Source of the DNA: Macrostomum hystrix
Lineage: Eukaryota > Animalia > Platyhelminthes
Assembly (NCBI GenBank): GCA_950097015.1
Contig: CATNEN010000039.1
Span: 12,276,001 to 12,340,000, forward strand
DNA: 64,000 nt
Direction of reading: 5' to 3'
Shown: in pieces, positions 1 to 12,971 of the stretch
How positions within the stretch are numbered: the first letter of the stretch is position 1
Layout of the letters: each line of letters opens with the position of its first letter
Program-made: the position numbers and the translations under genes
The notes under the pieces: model-generated
The model's database searches: none
Told to the model about the DNA's origin: nothing
Seen by the model: only the letters and a program-made list of their open reading frames with translations

Positions 1-1323
1 TTCTGTCTAACAGGTAGTCTAGCTGTCTAGCAGCTAGCTTTTCTGTCTAACAGGTAGTCTAGTTGTCTAATAGCTAGCTTTTCTGTCTAATAGGTAGTCT
101 AGTTGTCTAACAGCTAGCTTTTCTGTCTAACAGGTAGTCTAGCTGTCTAGCAGCTAGCTTTTCTGTCTAACAGGTAGTCTAGTTGTCTAACAGCTGGCTT
201 TTCTGTCTAACAGGTAGTCTAGTTGTCTAACAGCTGGCTTTTCTGTCTAACAGGTAGTCTAGTTGTCTAACAGCTGGCTTTTCTGTCTAACAGCTAGCTT
301 TTCTGTCTAACAGGTAGTCTAGCTTTCTAACAGCTAGCTTTTCTGTCTAACAGGTAGTCTAGTTATCTAACAGCTAGCTTTTCTGTCTAACAGGTAGTCT
401 AGCTGTCTAGCAGCTAGCTTTTCTGTCTAACAGGTAGTCTAGTTGTCTAATAGCTAGCTTTTCTGTCTAATAGGTAGTCTAGTTGTCTAACAGCTGGCTT
501 TTCTGTCTAACAGGTAGTCTAGTTGTCTAACAGCTAGCTTTTCTGTCTAACAGGTAGTCTAGCTGTCTAGCAGCTAGCTTTTCTGTCTAACAGGTAGTCT
601 AGTTGTCTAACAGCTGGCTTTTCTGTCTAACAGGTAGTCTAGTTGTCTAACAGCTAGCTTTTCTGTCTAACAGGTAGTCTAGCTTTCTAACAGCTAGCTT
701 TTCTGTCTAACAGGTAGTCTAGTTGTCTAACAGCTGGCTTTTCTGTCTAACAGGTAGTCTAGTTGTCTAACAGCTAGCTTTTCTGTCTAACAGGTAGTCT
801 AGTTGTCTAACAGCTGGCTTTTCTGTCTAACAGGTAGTCTAGTTATCTAACAGCTAGCTTTTCTGTCTAACAGCTAGCTTTTCTGTCTAACAGGTAGTCT
901 AGTTGTCTAACAGCTGGCTTTTCTGTCTAACAGGTAGTCTAGTTGTCTAACAGCTAGCTTTTCTGTCTAACAGGTAGTCTAGCTGTCTAACAGCTAGCTT
1001 TTCTGTCTAATAGGTAGTCTAGTTGTCTAGCAGCTAGCTTTTCTGTCTAACAGGTAGTCTAGTTATCTAACAGCTAGCTTTTCTGTCTAACAGCTAGCTT
1101 TTCTGTCTAACAGCTAGCTTTTCTGTCTAACAGCTAGCTTTTCTGTCTAACAGCTAGCTTTTCTGTCTAACAGCTAGCTTTTCTGTCTAACAGGTAGTCT
1201 AGTTGTCTAACAGCTGGCTTTTCTGTCTAACAGGTAGTCTAGTTGTCTAACAGCTAGCTTTTCTGTCTAACAGCTAGCTTTTCTGTCTAACAGGTAGTCT
1301 AGCTTTCTAACAGCTAGCTTTTC
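1..1323. repeat. Tandem minisatellite, 20/40-bp unit (ttctgtctaacaggtagtctagttgtctaacagctagctt); runs off the window start
   Basis: Directly visible tandem copies with a dimeric 20+20 structure. Confidence 0.97.
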
Positions 1324-2002
1324 ATTCGATCACCTTTTCACCGATCAAAATGACATAAATCAATTTTAGTTACCTTGCTGATCAGCCTTGGCTTGTAGCG
1401 GTGTGGCTTCAAGATTAAAAGGATGATATTTAAAACAGTTAAGCTTTGAGTAGTAATTCCGAAAAAATCTATGATTTAGAATGCTTAAAACAGAAAGAGC
1501 TTGAAAAAATTTACTGCATAGTACTACATGTGCTACAATTATTCTGTATATATTAGACTTACCTTAAAAAAATACAAAACTGAGCACTAATTATCTGACG
1601 AGGAAACTATGTATAGCAGGCCTCCAAAAGTATATAAGAGCGTGGCCACTTCCAACAACCAGAGATTAGAATAGATTAGAGAAGCCAGGTAATGACAAAT
1701 GCACGAGCGCATAAGACTATAAGCTGGGATAAACAAAGCTAAACGGATCGTCAGAAATAGAAAGGGGAATTGAGTATAGGTAGACTCAAATTTACCCCCG
1801 AGAGATTTGGTGAAACGGCAGTCAGATCAGAAGTGGACAAAAAATGTTTGAATTGCAATTTTCAGTACCTTTATAATGCGTACTTAAAACCTTAATGTAT
1901 AGAACAATCATTTTTGGCAGAAATTTTATCTGCATCTGAAAATTAAACTTCAAGCACGTGTACTTTACAGCATCTCACCACACTATTACATGAGTCACGT
2001 AA

Positions 2003-3078
2003 TCTCACAATCTGCACATTATCCCACAATCTGCACATTATCCCACAATCTGCACATTATACCACAATCTGCACATTATCTTACAATCTGAAAATTATCC
2101 CACAATCTGACACATTATCATACAATCTGCTCATTATCCCACAATCTGCTCATTATTACACAAGCTACACAATATCCTAAAATCTGCACATTATCCCACA
2201 ATTTACACATATTCCTACAATCTGCACATTATCCCACAATCTGCTCATTATCCCACAATCTGCTCATTATCCCACAATCTACTCATTATCCCACAATCTG
2301 CTCATTATTACACAATCTGCTCATTATTACACAAGCTACACAATATCCTAAAATCTGCACATTATCCCACAATTTACACATATTCCTACAATCTGCACAT
2401 TATCCTACAATCTGCACATTATCCCACAATCTGACACATTATCCCACAATCTGCACATTATCCTACAATCTGCACATTATCCCACAATCTGACACATTAT
2501 CATACAATCTGCTCATTATCCTACAATCTACACATTATCCTACAATCTGCACATTATCCCACAATCTGCTCATTATCCTACAATCTGCACATTATCCAAC
2601 AATCTGCTCATTTTCCCACAATCTGCTCATTATCCAACAATCTGCTCATTATCCCACAATCTGCTCATTATCCTACAATCTGCACATTATCCCACAATCT
2701 GCTCATTATCCTACAATCTGCACATTATCCCACAATCTGCTCATTATCCAACAATCTGCTCATTATCCCACAATCTGCTCATTATCCTACAATCTGCACA
2801 TTATCCCACAATCTGCTCATTATCCTACAATCTGCACATTATCCCACAATCTGCTCATTATCCTACAATCTGCACATTATCCAACAATCTGCTCATTATC
2901 CCACAATCTGCTCATTATTACACAATCTGCTCATTATCCCACAATCTGCTCATTATCCCACAATCTGCTCATTATCCCACAATCTGCTCATTATTACACA
3001 AGCTACACAATATCCTAAAATCTGCACATTATCCCACAATTTACACATATTCCTACAATCTGCTCATTATTACACAAT
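2003..3078. repeat. Tandem minisatellite, ~19-bp unit (cacaatctgcacattatcc)
   Basis: Directly visible tandem copies. Confidence 0.95.
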
Positions 3079-3789
3079 CAAAAAGTCAAATCAAATCAAA
3101 ATGAAAATCAAAACAGTTTTAATAGAATTAATATTTTAGACACTATACAAGTGCTGTACAAAACTTGCCCTTACACACTGGGTATTACAGAATGTCATGC
3201 AATATCATGAAAAAACGTTATTCAAAAGGTGTCTAACTTCCTGCACACTCATTGAACGCAAGCATTAAGCTGAGAACAAGTGCCCGCCGCGTGAGTTAAG
3301 GTAAGCGAAGAAAACAGACAGAAGAACTCAAGGAGCCAGCTAAATTTTTCCTCACAGGAGGAGAGCTGTGGGCGATGGGGCTCAGTTGCTTTCTTCCACT
3401 TTTTCCTACCATGCATTTGCACGCTTGGGCGCCCTAGGTGTGGCTTCGCGGCCTTCTCATCCGCCTGTCTCCTCACTGCAAGTTGGCCTTGCCAACACTG
3501 CTACCTGACAGCATCGCATGGAAGCTGGTAACTTGTGCGCGCGTTCACTTCATGACGTCTACTCAAGTGAACTTCCTTAGTATTGGCGAAGGACTCTTGG
3601 CGAAGGAAAAATATTTATTAATATTCGGCTCGCAGCGCAAATAACAACAAGACGTACTTTTTGTTTTTAATTTTGCTTTTCAAGATTGAGTACACCTTGT
3701 TTCTTTAAATTAAGGCTCTTTGGCTGAAGCAGAGACTTCGATTTATCATTCGCTAGTTCATTTTTTGTGATGTGACCGCCTCGTAGTCA

Positions 3790-4540
3790 TTTATCGGCCC
3801 GTCAACCCCACTACTGTTTGTGCCCCCTTAGCCACCCTCGTATCTCATCGGCCCGCCAACCCCACTCCAGCTCGTGCCCCCGAGCCACCCCTCTTATCTC
3901 ATCGGCCCGTCAACCCCACTACTGTTTGTGCCCCCTTAGCCACCCTCGTATCTCATCGGCCCGCCAACCCCACTCCAGCTCATGTCCCCGAGCCACCCCT
4001 CTTATTTCATCGGCCCGCCAACCCCACTCCAGCTCATGTCCCCGAGCCACCCCTCTTATCTCATCGGCCCGCCAACCCCACTCCAGCTCGTGCCCCCGAG
4101 CCACACCTCTTATTTCATCGGCCCGCCAACTCCACTTCAGCTCGTGCCCCCCCCTTAGCCACCCCTCTTATTTCATCGGCCAGCCAACTCCACTCCAGCT
4201 CGTGCCCCCTTAGCCACCCCTCTTATTTCATCGGCCAGCCAACTCCACTTCAGCTCGTGCCCCCTTAGCCACCCCTCTTATTTCATCTGCCCGCCAACTC
4301 CACTTCAGCTCGTGCCCCCCTTAGCCACCCCTCTTATTTCATCGGCCAGCCAACTCCACTTCAGCTCGTGCCCCCTTAGCTACCCCTCTTATTTCATCTG
4401 CCCGCCAACTCCACTTCAGCTCGTGCCCCCCTTAGCCACCCCTCTTATTTCATCGGCCAGCCAACTCCACTTCAGCTCGTGCCCCCTTAGCTACCCCTCT
4501 TATTTCATCGGCCCGCCAACTCCACTTCAGTTCGTGCCCA
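3790..4540. repeat. GC-rich tandem repeat, ~58-60-bp unit (gccacccctcttatttcatcggcccgccaactccacttcagctcgtgccccctta)
   Basis: About 12 visible copies; the overlapping ORFs are repeat translations. Confidence 0.93.
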
Positions 4541-5269
4541 CCAGCTGCCCTCTTCAATCTGTGTCTTCAGCCCTCAAAAGCGTTGTAAAAGCACACAGCT
4601 GGTAGCGTGTCAATTTTTCAAACTGTTACTGGATGAGCTGCGTAGGCCTCTCGTTAGAGACACGTTGTCATCTGAGACCACTGCTTATGCAGTGTGCGCT
4701 CACAGGCCTGCAAACGAGGACAAGAGTTTTCCTAGCCGTTGGGCTGCTCATCCTGTCTGACAGATGTGGCATTATGAGCTGTATACTCAAACAAAAATTA
4801 GGAATGATAATTTGAGACGATGGATATCAGCTAGTTTGGGCTATCCCTGGGCTAGCTAGATCCATGGCTGGGATTATTAGTTTTACACTGGGGATTTGGT
4901 AAGGGTAAGACAAACATACAAAAAGCTGCTTTGAGAACAGGACAGACTATAGGTGAAACATACCAGAAGCGTGGCCCTAAATTTGAGGATCAGAAGCGCT
5001 TGATGGGAAGAGGCTAGCAATGGTGGAAGATGTCACACTTCTCTAAACTTTTCTCGGAGCCTTTAAAAGCTGTCTCGGTGCTCGATAAGTGCTCTGAACT
5101 GAACACTTATCTGGAATTTTAGATTCTCTCCCCGTCATGCCAGACAAGGGAAGAAGGGAAAACTCTAAATAAGTCAGAGTTCAAAGAGAAATCGTGAAGA
5201 TATATATCTTTCGACCGCTTAGCAACCGGTAGAATTAAACAACGTCCTTGAAATGCAGCGGTGGAAGCA

Positions 5270-5543
5270 AGGAAGGAGGTGATTCTGTCCATTGCGCTGA
5301 CTCCTGAGCACACACGCACACAGGTGTCAGAGGTGTGTACATCTGCCCTGACTTTCTCACCGTCAGGCAGTGTACACTCTCATCGTGCCTTGGAGGTTGG
5401 CCCTCATAGGCGCAAATTGTAGGACAAGCCCGCATGCCTTCTCTCCGCGGCTGTGACCCAAATAAATGTGGCCTCGCCTCGGAATCGAGCTCAGGGGCAT
5501 TGGTGCGTGAGGCAAACGCGTTAACCGCTCTGCCACTCCACCT
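5270..5543 (-). mobile_element. tRNA-derived SINE, family 1
   Basis: Shares sequence with copies at 6795, 7746, 9236, 10545, 52657 and 53765/58310. The minus-strand head has an A-box-like GTGGCAGAGCGG and a B-box-like GAGCTCGATTCC. Confidence 0.8.
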
Positions 5544-6206
5544 TTTGTCGATCTGTAAAACCTCTTGTTTGTTTTTATTTTATTTCGTAACAGGTTTAAC
5601 AATCGCTTTGGTCAATTAACACATTTCTGAAATCTCCACAGCTTGCCAATCGTTCAAACTGCTCAAAGAGAGAACACAAAAAGTTCTTGTCTGTTTTGCC
5701 AGTTTAAAAAAAAAATTAAATCAAATATCTTTCTAGTGTGTAAGTCAGATACTCCAACACTTGCATGGTATCACTAACTTTGCTGCTTCTGTAAGAATGT
5801 AAAGAAGGACACTTCTAGATTAATCATAAACAGAAGTTTACAAAGGGATTTAGACTAAGAGAAGGGAAACAGAAAAACATCTATGGGGCGTGTCTGTAGC
5901 CAATTTTAGACTCAAAGATCAGAGAATAGTCGCGATTTCTGTTCACATCACAGACAGACTCGCAGCAGGGAATTAGAACACGCGATTTAATAGATATGTT
6001 TGGGCCAGTCGCAACTATTGTGCTTTGCTGTGTACAGCGCTGTTCAGTCCGCGGACTCAATGACACAATTTGTTTCTATTTTGGGAAAAGCTCTTACCTT
6101 TGGAAAACTAGCTCGTTTGTGGCAATATTAGCCAGAATCATACGAGCGTATCAGTTTCAACCACACTGAAAATGATCTCAATCTCACTAAATAATGCCTC
6201 ACTCAC

Positions 6207-8313
6207 CTGCCATGTGAAGCCGCGCTGACAGGTGATGCTGCTGCCTGGACGACGCGACAGTCAAGCCGCTATTGCCACCGCCTCGGTGGACACGCAATGT
6301 CACCACAGCGTTGGTTGACGCGGCCGGAGCCGAGGCAGTTGAGTTCACCGACTGTTGACTGTTTGAGGCGCGTAGTTTGGCTGTGACAACGCCGTTGGCC
6401 AGACTTCGCGTCTGCCTGGCCGCAGCCTGGTAGATGCGGATGTAGAAAAAGATGATGACACACAGGGGCAGGTAGAAGGACACGATCACCGAGAAGGTTA
6501 TGTAGGCGCGGTTGTCTGACACTCTGCAGATGTTCTGATCCGCGCCTTCGTTGCCATCGGTGCGCCAACCGATCAGGGGACCGACGGACACAAACAGCGA
6601 GAGGAGCCAAACAGCTCCTGCCAGTACGACAGCTCTGCGGCGCGTCACAATGGACGCGTGGCGAAGCGGTCGGGTGACACCGATGTACCTGCAGGTAGGA
6701 GCAAAATGGTAGGTTGGCGATGGTTGAAGTGTTATCACCTGATGACAGTGTGCATGGACTATTATCAACTAAGAAGGTTTCTTCACGTAGGAGCAATAAT
6801 ATTACTGTTTAGTAACTGCAGGAGGGCTGTTGGCAATGGCACACCATTTGGTGACACTAGACACACAGCCAGCGAGGAGGCAATTCTGCCCATTTCGCTG
6901 ACTCCTGAGGCACACACTCACACAGGTGTGTACATCTTCCCTTACTTTCTCATCGTCAGGCAGTGTACACTTTCAGTGTGCCTTGGAGGTTGGCCCTCAA
7001 GGGCTTAAATTGCACGACAAGCCCCAAGCCTTCTCTCCGCGGCTGCGCCCCAAATGAATGTGGCCTCGCCGCTCAGGGATCGAGCTCAGGCAGTCACCTT
7101 GGTCGGATAAGATATGAACTGCTGTCACCTGCTGGTGGTAAAAGCGAATGTCTTTGGTTAATGGTGCCTAGAATTCCCACGTGGCGATCTTAGCTGGTGG
7201 ATATTACAGTGGATACTGAAATACCATACTAGTATATACTAGGCAGTATGTTAGGTAGGGTTGCAGCATGGCTAAGTAAGGGTGACAGACAGTTAGCACC
7301 TTAGTCTCCAAGGCGCCTAATCCCAGACCCAAAGCTGCTTTTGAGTTGAGCTGTTTCCTTTAAATTATTTAACGCCCCATTGAGCAGAAGGGATCAGAGC
7401 TGAACCAATGCAGAGAGTGAAATATGCAGGTAATTCTCAACTTTAAAGAACGATGCAGGAACTGTCATTTCCTGAATCGCAAACGGTAATTCATTTTAGT
7501 ATCGCCCGGACTGACAGTCCTGTCTGGCTTTGATAAATCTGGAAAAAGCTAGGATAAAGCACATACTGGGGTGCATATTTGATTGGTAAATTCGAAAAAG
7601 TTAAACAAAAGTACCGCATTCGCTGAGGCAAACACCATATATCTGTACAAAAGAAAGCTAGGACCATATGTAATTGTACGTCCTCTGTATGGACAAGGAA
7701 TACTGAACTCTCGTTTGAAAAAAAACATAAGTAGTCAGTAGTTAGGGGGTCGGTGGCAGGGCGGTTAACGCGTTCGCCTCTCGTACCAATGCCCCTGAGC
7801 TCGATTCCGCGGTGAGGCCACATTTATTTGGGGCGCAGCCGTGGAAAGAAAGCCAACCTCCAATACACAGTGAGAGTGTACACTGCCTGACGATGAGAAA
7901 GTCAGGGCAGATGTACACCCCTGATCACAGTTTGCTCACCTGTCAAGAGAAATGGCACACAAAGACATGATGCTAGCCGTGCAGCAGAGCACATCGACGG
8001 AGGCCCAGACGTGGCAAAGCAGCTGGCCGAAGTACCAGCAGCCGTGCGTGACTTCCAACACGGAGCTGAATGGCAAGACGCAGACTCCTAGAAGCAGATC
8101 AGCGATGGCTAAGTTGGCGATGAACACGGCTGTGGCACTGGACCGAAGATTTGGTTGAGTTGCCACAGCCAGCAGAACCAGACAGTTGCCAAAAATGGTT
8201 GCCAAGGCGATAAGGCCGAGCGGGACTCCTGTTGCTATGGAGGCCCAGAGGTCCAGGGTCTGATTGATGCATATTGGCGTCAGTGTTGAATTTCCAGACT
8301 CTTGCGACTGCAT
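6207..8313 (-). CDS. Aminergic class A GPCR (alpha-1 adrenergic/octopamine-receptor-like), partial: TM1-TM5 and ICL3
   Basis: Exons 8313-7940 and 6688-6207. The phase-2 intron splits the DR/Y motif. Motifs: [46 protein letters not shown] (conserved TM3 Asp), FYLPL..I..FY.RIY. TM6-7 exon not found in the window. Confidence 0.9.
6795..7090 (-). mobile_element. tRNA-derived SINE, family 1 (intronic, head truncated)
   Basis: Homologous to the other copies, including the 3' end gtgccattgcc...gccctcctgcag. Confidence 0.8.
7746..7922 (+). mobile_element. tRNA-derived SINE, family 1 (head plus part of the body)
   Basis: GGTGGCAGGGCGGTTAACGCG...GAGCTCGATTCC followed by the family body. Confidence 0.78.
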
Positions 8314-9235
8314 CCTGTTGAAGAGGGACTTGGCCAAAACTTTAAACAGTCAATAAGTAAAATGTCAGAGCCTCAGCACAGATGCAGTTCAGTTTATAGA
8401 TGATGCCAGTCTCACGAAGGACCGAGAATTGCTGCAGTGTGGGGGGAGTGCAAAGTGCCTGCCACACAATGTATTATTGGTCTTCTCCACTGCATAAAGA
8501 CGAGAGCCAATCAAAATCAGCCGCGGAGGCTTTTTCTGACAAACACTCCCGCAGCATATACACGGATCTGAAAGCGATTTCAAGGACGTCTACTCCCACG
8601 GCTTTGGGGACGGGAAGGTGGGCGTTCTTGGCGTCCAAGAGAATTCATCATCATTCAGAGACTACCAACTGTGTATCCACTGTGTCACTCCTTTGTGTGG
8701 TAGTATAGGGAGCTGGGCAATGGACTTAAGTACTTTTCAGTCTTGACAACGCATTTGAAACGCGGCGCGAGTTGTCAAAACTACAACGGAGTGACTGGAC
8801 AAACTTTAGAATTCACGCACGCGTTCGGCTTTCCGAGGCAGGCAAAATGGAAGAATGGAAAGAGAGGATTCGAAAGCACCATTCCAGGGCCGCGTGGGAT
8901 CTAAAGTCGAAACTAAAGTATTTTCTTGGCTTGCCATTCTAAAAGTATGAATTTTTTCATTCAATGCCATGAGATAATTAATGTTAATGCTTGCATAATT
9001 CAAATAATTGTCGTGAGGCTTTTAATCACAGGATAAAAATCACGTCCTATGGCAATCGCACCTTAAACAGCTCAGTCTCATACCAAATTTGGAGCACTAA
9101 TTTACTTATAATACCATTGCATCTTACAGTACTAATAACAGTAAAAAGTTTCGTAAAAAGTTTCTCAATTTTTTACCTTAGTTTTTATCATCTAGGGTAT
9201 TCTTTTGAGATGAAAAGACGGTAAAAATGTCTTAC

Positions 9236-9525
9236 CATAGTAATAATAGTAATAATAATAGTAATAATAATAGTAATAATAATTGCAGGAGGGCCTTAGG
9301 CAATGGCACATCATTAGGTAACACTTCTTTCCATTTCGCTGACCCCTGAGGCACACACTCACACAGGTGTGTACATCTGACCTGACTTTCTCATCGTCAG
9401 GCAGTGAGTGTACACTCTCACTGTGCCCTGGAGGCTGGCCCGCAAAGCCTACTTTCCACGTCTGCACCCCAAACTAGTATGGCCTCGCCGCGGAATCGAG
9501 CTCAGGGACCTTGGTGCAAGCGTGT
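9236..9525 (-). mobile_element. tRNA-derived SINE, family 1, with expanded (TTA)n tail
   Basis: Family body; the TAA/TAG microsatellite at 9236-9283 sits at the SINE 3' end. Confidence 0.8.
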
Positions 9526-10449
9526 GTTCATAGGGTCATTGGAATGCGCGGAATCGCCACCTGTACATCAGACTAATAAAATAAAAGACAGAAGGCAGTC
9601 TCAACAGATGGTACTGGCACAGTAGTGGATTGTCGATCCAAGAACATCAAGGTCTGTTGTATGTCTTCAGGCCGAATGTCTTCGCGGGTCTGTAAATTGC
9701 AAGCATTCCTCTCTAGAGACCAGACCAATGCTAACTTGCTTCTGAAATAGCAGTTGCAACTTGGCTTAAATTTGAAATTTGGTTACTGGTAGTGTCCAAT
9801 CGGAGCTCGCTGATTGGGTGTATACACCCACCCCAGACACCCACCCTGCCGCCCTGGGCCTGAACTGTGTAGAATTTCAGCCGGTACACGCGTGCTGCCA
9901 AACTTTGTCTGTCTCGCGGTGCGTGGTGTGAACACTATTTTGCCATAGACAGTGCCCTCCTCGTGCTCGCCTTCTGCTTTGTCACAATTGCTGTGTCTGC
10001 CTTTGTTAGCCTGGCGTGGTGTTGGCTTATTTGACAATGAGAATTGAGACGATTTTAAGAAAAAATATATCCCTTGTTTGTTAGCATCCTATTGTTCTTT
10101 TAAACAATAAAGAAAAACTAAATCTGCTTTTGAATACACTTTCCAACCTTTTGTATTAGTCATTCAAAGCTGGTACTTGTCTATCACCTGCTGGTTATCT
10201 GGGCTTTGTTAAAAATGCTCTTTTTAATTTTAATCCTGAAACTGAACTGGACATACTCAGAAAAGGGTTTGTAACCAATGACTACAGGCGTTTGTCAGGT
10301 TGTTTGATAGCGAAACTTTTCAGCTTTGTTTCAGATTATATACAGCAAGCTGTATTCAAGATGTATATTGAAGAACTTCGCTTCTGCGGTTTGGCAAATT
10401 CGCGGCGACAGAGCTTAATTAATCGGCATTTGCCGTCTAAAATCAAGAG

Positions 10450-12539
10450 ATGGACCTTTGGCTGCTAACACTCATCTGTACATATTCGATTTCGTCAAAA
10501 GCAACGATCGCTACCGCAGGCTCTGGTAGGTTATGACGATACGGCAGCCTCTCTTACTTAGCACATTGTTTGGTGACACTAGACCTGCAGCCAGCGAGGA
10601 GGCAATTCTGCCTATTTCGCTGACTCCTGAGCACATACGCACACAGATACCGTACGCAGGCATACGCTCACACAGGTGTGTACACCTGCCCTGACTTTCT
10701 CATCGTCAGGCAGTGTACACTCTCATTGGGCCTTTGAGGTTGAGCCTCAATAGCTTATATTGCACGACAAGCCCCCAAGCCTTCTCTCCGCGGCTGCGCC
10801 CCAAATTAATGTGGCCTCGCCGCGGAATCGAGCTCAGGGACCTTGGTGCGAGAGGCAAACGTGTTAACCGCTCTGCTACTCTACCCCTGGCTACACATCT
10901 GCCTTGAATGTCGACACTTAAATATTACAGACTCGTGATATCCATTCTGTACAAAAAACGTATCCACAATCTCATAGTTTTCAGTGCGAAACCAGTTGTC
11001 CAGAGCACAGACACAGCTTCGGTTACCTCAACAACTGGACAGAGCGGAGCGGAATGCGTGTTGCGGTGCGAACTGCTTCAACCTGCAAGCTGCTACGCTG
11101 TGACATTTCAACCAGGAATCAACCTATGCCTATTCTCCGACACCTGGCGAGCAGATTTTTCCGTTCTCGACTCAACAAGCTATGTTTATCGAAAGCGAAT
11201 GGCCGCATTTGATACTTATAGTAGTGAGTTAACAGGGTCTAATAAGAAGTTTCATAAGCGCTGCTTTCAGCGGTGCAACAAATAAATTTCATCTGTGCGT
11301 GATATTACGAGTACTTTCATTTCAGACAGGTACGCACAGGTGGACAATAGGACATTTCGCATCATACAGCATCGGTCTAAGGGCAGTTTAAGCTTTGCCC
11401 AGAGCTGGATCGAATACGAGGAGGGCTTTGGAGACGAAACCGACTTCTGGATCGGTCAGTAGTCACTATAACTGGCTTACTCGTGAATTGCTGAGCAATT
11501 TCTGCAAAGTCATAATAATTGCCGTAGTCAATTACGTAGGCTACGTTTGGCTATGGGGATTTTAGTGGTCAGAGCGTCGAACTCTCGACTTAAAGGTCGG
11601 TGGTTCGATTCCTGACTCTATTAGAACAATTAGTGCCAGCGCGGCGCATCTGAAGGCTGCGTACGGCTGTTCAGTCCATGGACTGGGGGATGCCACATCC
11701 TCCCTCAATTACCCCAGCTAATGCTGCGACCCATTTAACAGCTGGGTGAACTGAAGCAATGCAGAGTGCAGAGAGCTAAGTGTCGTGCTAAAAGACACAA
11801 GTTATTACAATGGAGTCGGGAATCGAACCCCCGACCTTTGTTAAATATTTATTAGTTAATAATTACTAACATTTTAACTAGTTAAATAGTTAAATATAAA
11901 TAAACAAATGAAACTTTTTTCTATTTTAAGGGTTTTAGTTTAGTGGCTAAAGCATCTAACTCATGACTTGAAGATCGGCGGTTCGATTCCTGACTCCACT
12001 AAAACAATTGAATTAGTGTTAGTCTATGGCAAGAATCTGCCTTGCTCAGTTCACCGAGGTATCAGCATTAGCTGTGATAATAGCTAAGTTTTTTTCTCAT
12101 TCCGCAAGCAGGACTGCGCACAATCAACAAGCTGACAATCGGATCTCCCAGACGCTTGAGAGTCGAAGCCGTCACTTGGTCAAACGCGCGGTACGTCGCC
12201 GAATACTCCGGGTTCACGGTAGGCAACGCCAGCACCAACTACACGATGCGATTCAACAGTTACCTATCCAGCCTCTCTAACACTTCTGGCGACTCGCTCA
12301 GCTATCACAATGGCGCTCAGTTCTCTACAATGGATCGAGACAATGACGCTTTCGGCTACAGCTGTTCCAACAGGATCTGCGGCAGCGCCGGCTGGTGGTT
12401 CGTCAGCTGCTCAAACTGCAATCCAAATGGACTCTATTACTCGTCGCCTCAGATCTACAAGGAGATGGCCATCTATTGGTTGCACGTCACAGGTGACAAG
12501 GCGGCATTGAAGAACATCCGGCTAATGCTGCAGGTGTAA
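10450..12539 (+). CDS. Secreted PAN/apple-like + fibrinogen C-terminal domain (FReD) protein, ~292 aa
   Basis: Exons 10450-10525 (signal peptide MDLWLLTLICTY..), 10978-11223 (CVLRC..C.AVTF....C, PAN-like), 11326-11454 (IIQHR..GSLSFAQSW.EYEEGFG..DFWIG) and 12112-12539 (GDSLSYHNGAQFSTMDRDND, GWWF..C..CNPNG). All three introns are phase 1; total 879 nt. Confidence 0.9.
10545..10890 (-). mobile_element. tRNA-derived SINE, family 1 (intron 1 of the FReD gene)
   Basis: Near full-length copy of the family. Confidence 0.82.
11555..12020. mobile_element. Cluster of three fragments of a second tRNA-derived SINE family (+ head 11555-11630, - copy ~11640-11840, + head 11930-12020)
   Basis: All share aaggtcggNggttcgattccYgactc (B box). 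The minus copy continues into a CORE-like segment tgtgtcttt...gacacttag...cttcagttcacccagctg..aaatgggt. Confidence 0.65.
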
Positions 12540-12971
12540 AACTTGGCTGGACGAAACTTAGCTCGTACATAAAAAAAAACAATTTATTGCTCTAAAACTT
12601 AAATCTCTCAAATCAACCATTGTATTTGGTCCGCAATAAGTTACGAATTTATTGCTTTGATTGAAAGCTGAATCATAGATTAATATAAACCTGGCTGCAG
12701 TAACTGCAGACATTTGTTAGCTGACCAAATAGAACGTAGCATCATGCCTGGCTCTCTGTACAACTGCAGCTGCTGCGCATTGCAAATTTGCTTTGTAAAA
12801 CTGGAGCCTCACTAAATATCGTCAACCGATCCACCGATGCCAGTCCTAACACAGCGTAGGATTGATTCGGCCCTATAAATTATCCTGACTGATCTAGACT
12901 CAATATTTGACCTGATTTGGAGCATTCTCAGAGTAGCAAATTAAATAGAGACGAAATGAGTTAGCTAATAA

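Noticed and set aside
3249-3476. Possible next GPCR exon (cag/TG AGG...RRQADEKAAK, phase-compatible with the 6207 donor)
   Set aside because: EKAAK resembles the pre-TM6 motif, but no hydrophobic TM6 (CWxPFF) or NPxxY follows. The real exon probably lies outside the window. Not fully excluded
7876-7918. Hammerhead-like CTGACGA..GAAA in the SINE hairpin (also ctgacgaggaaac at ~1595)
   Set aside because: No stem II and no stem III/NUH geometry; better explained as a simple hairpin
11555-11625. tRNA genes at 11555, 11930 and 7746
   Set aside because: A/B boxes are present but no acceptor stem or cloverleaf could be formed; they are SINE heads
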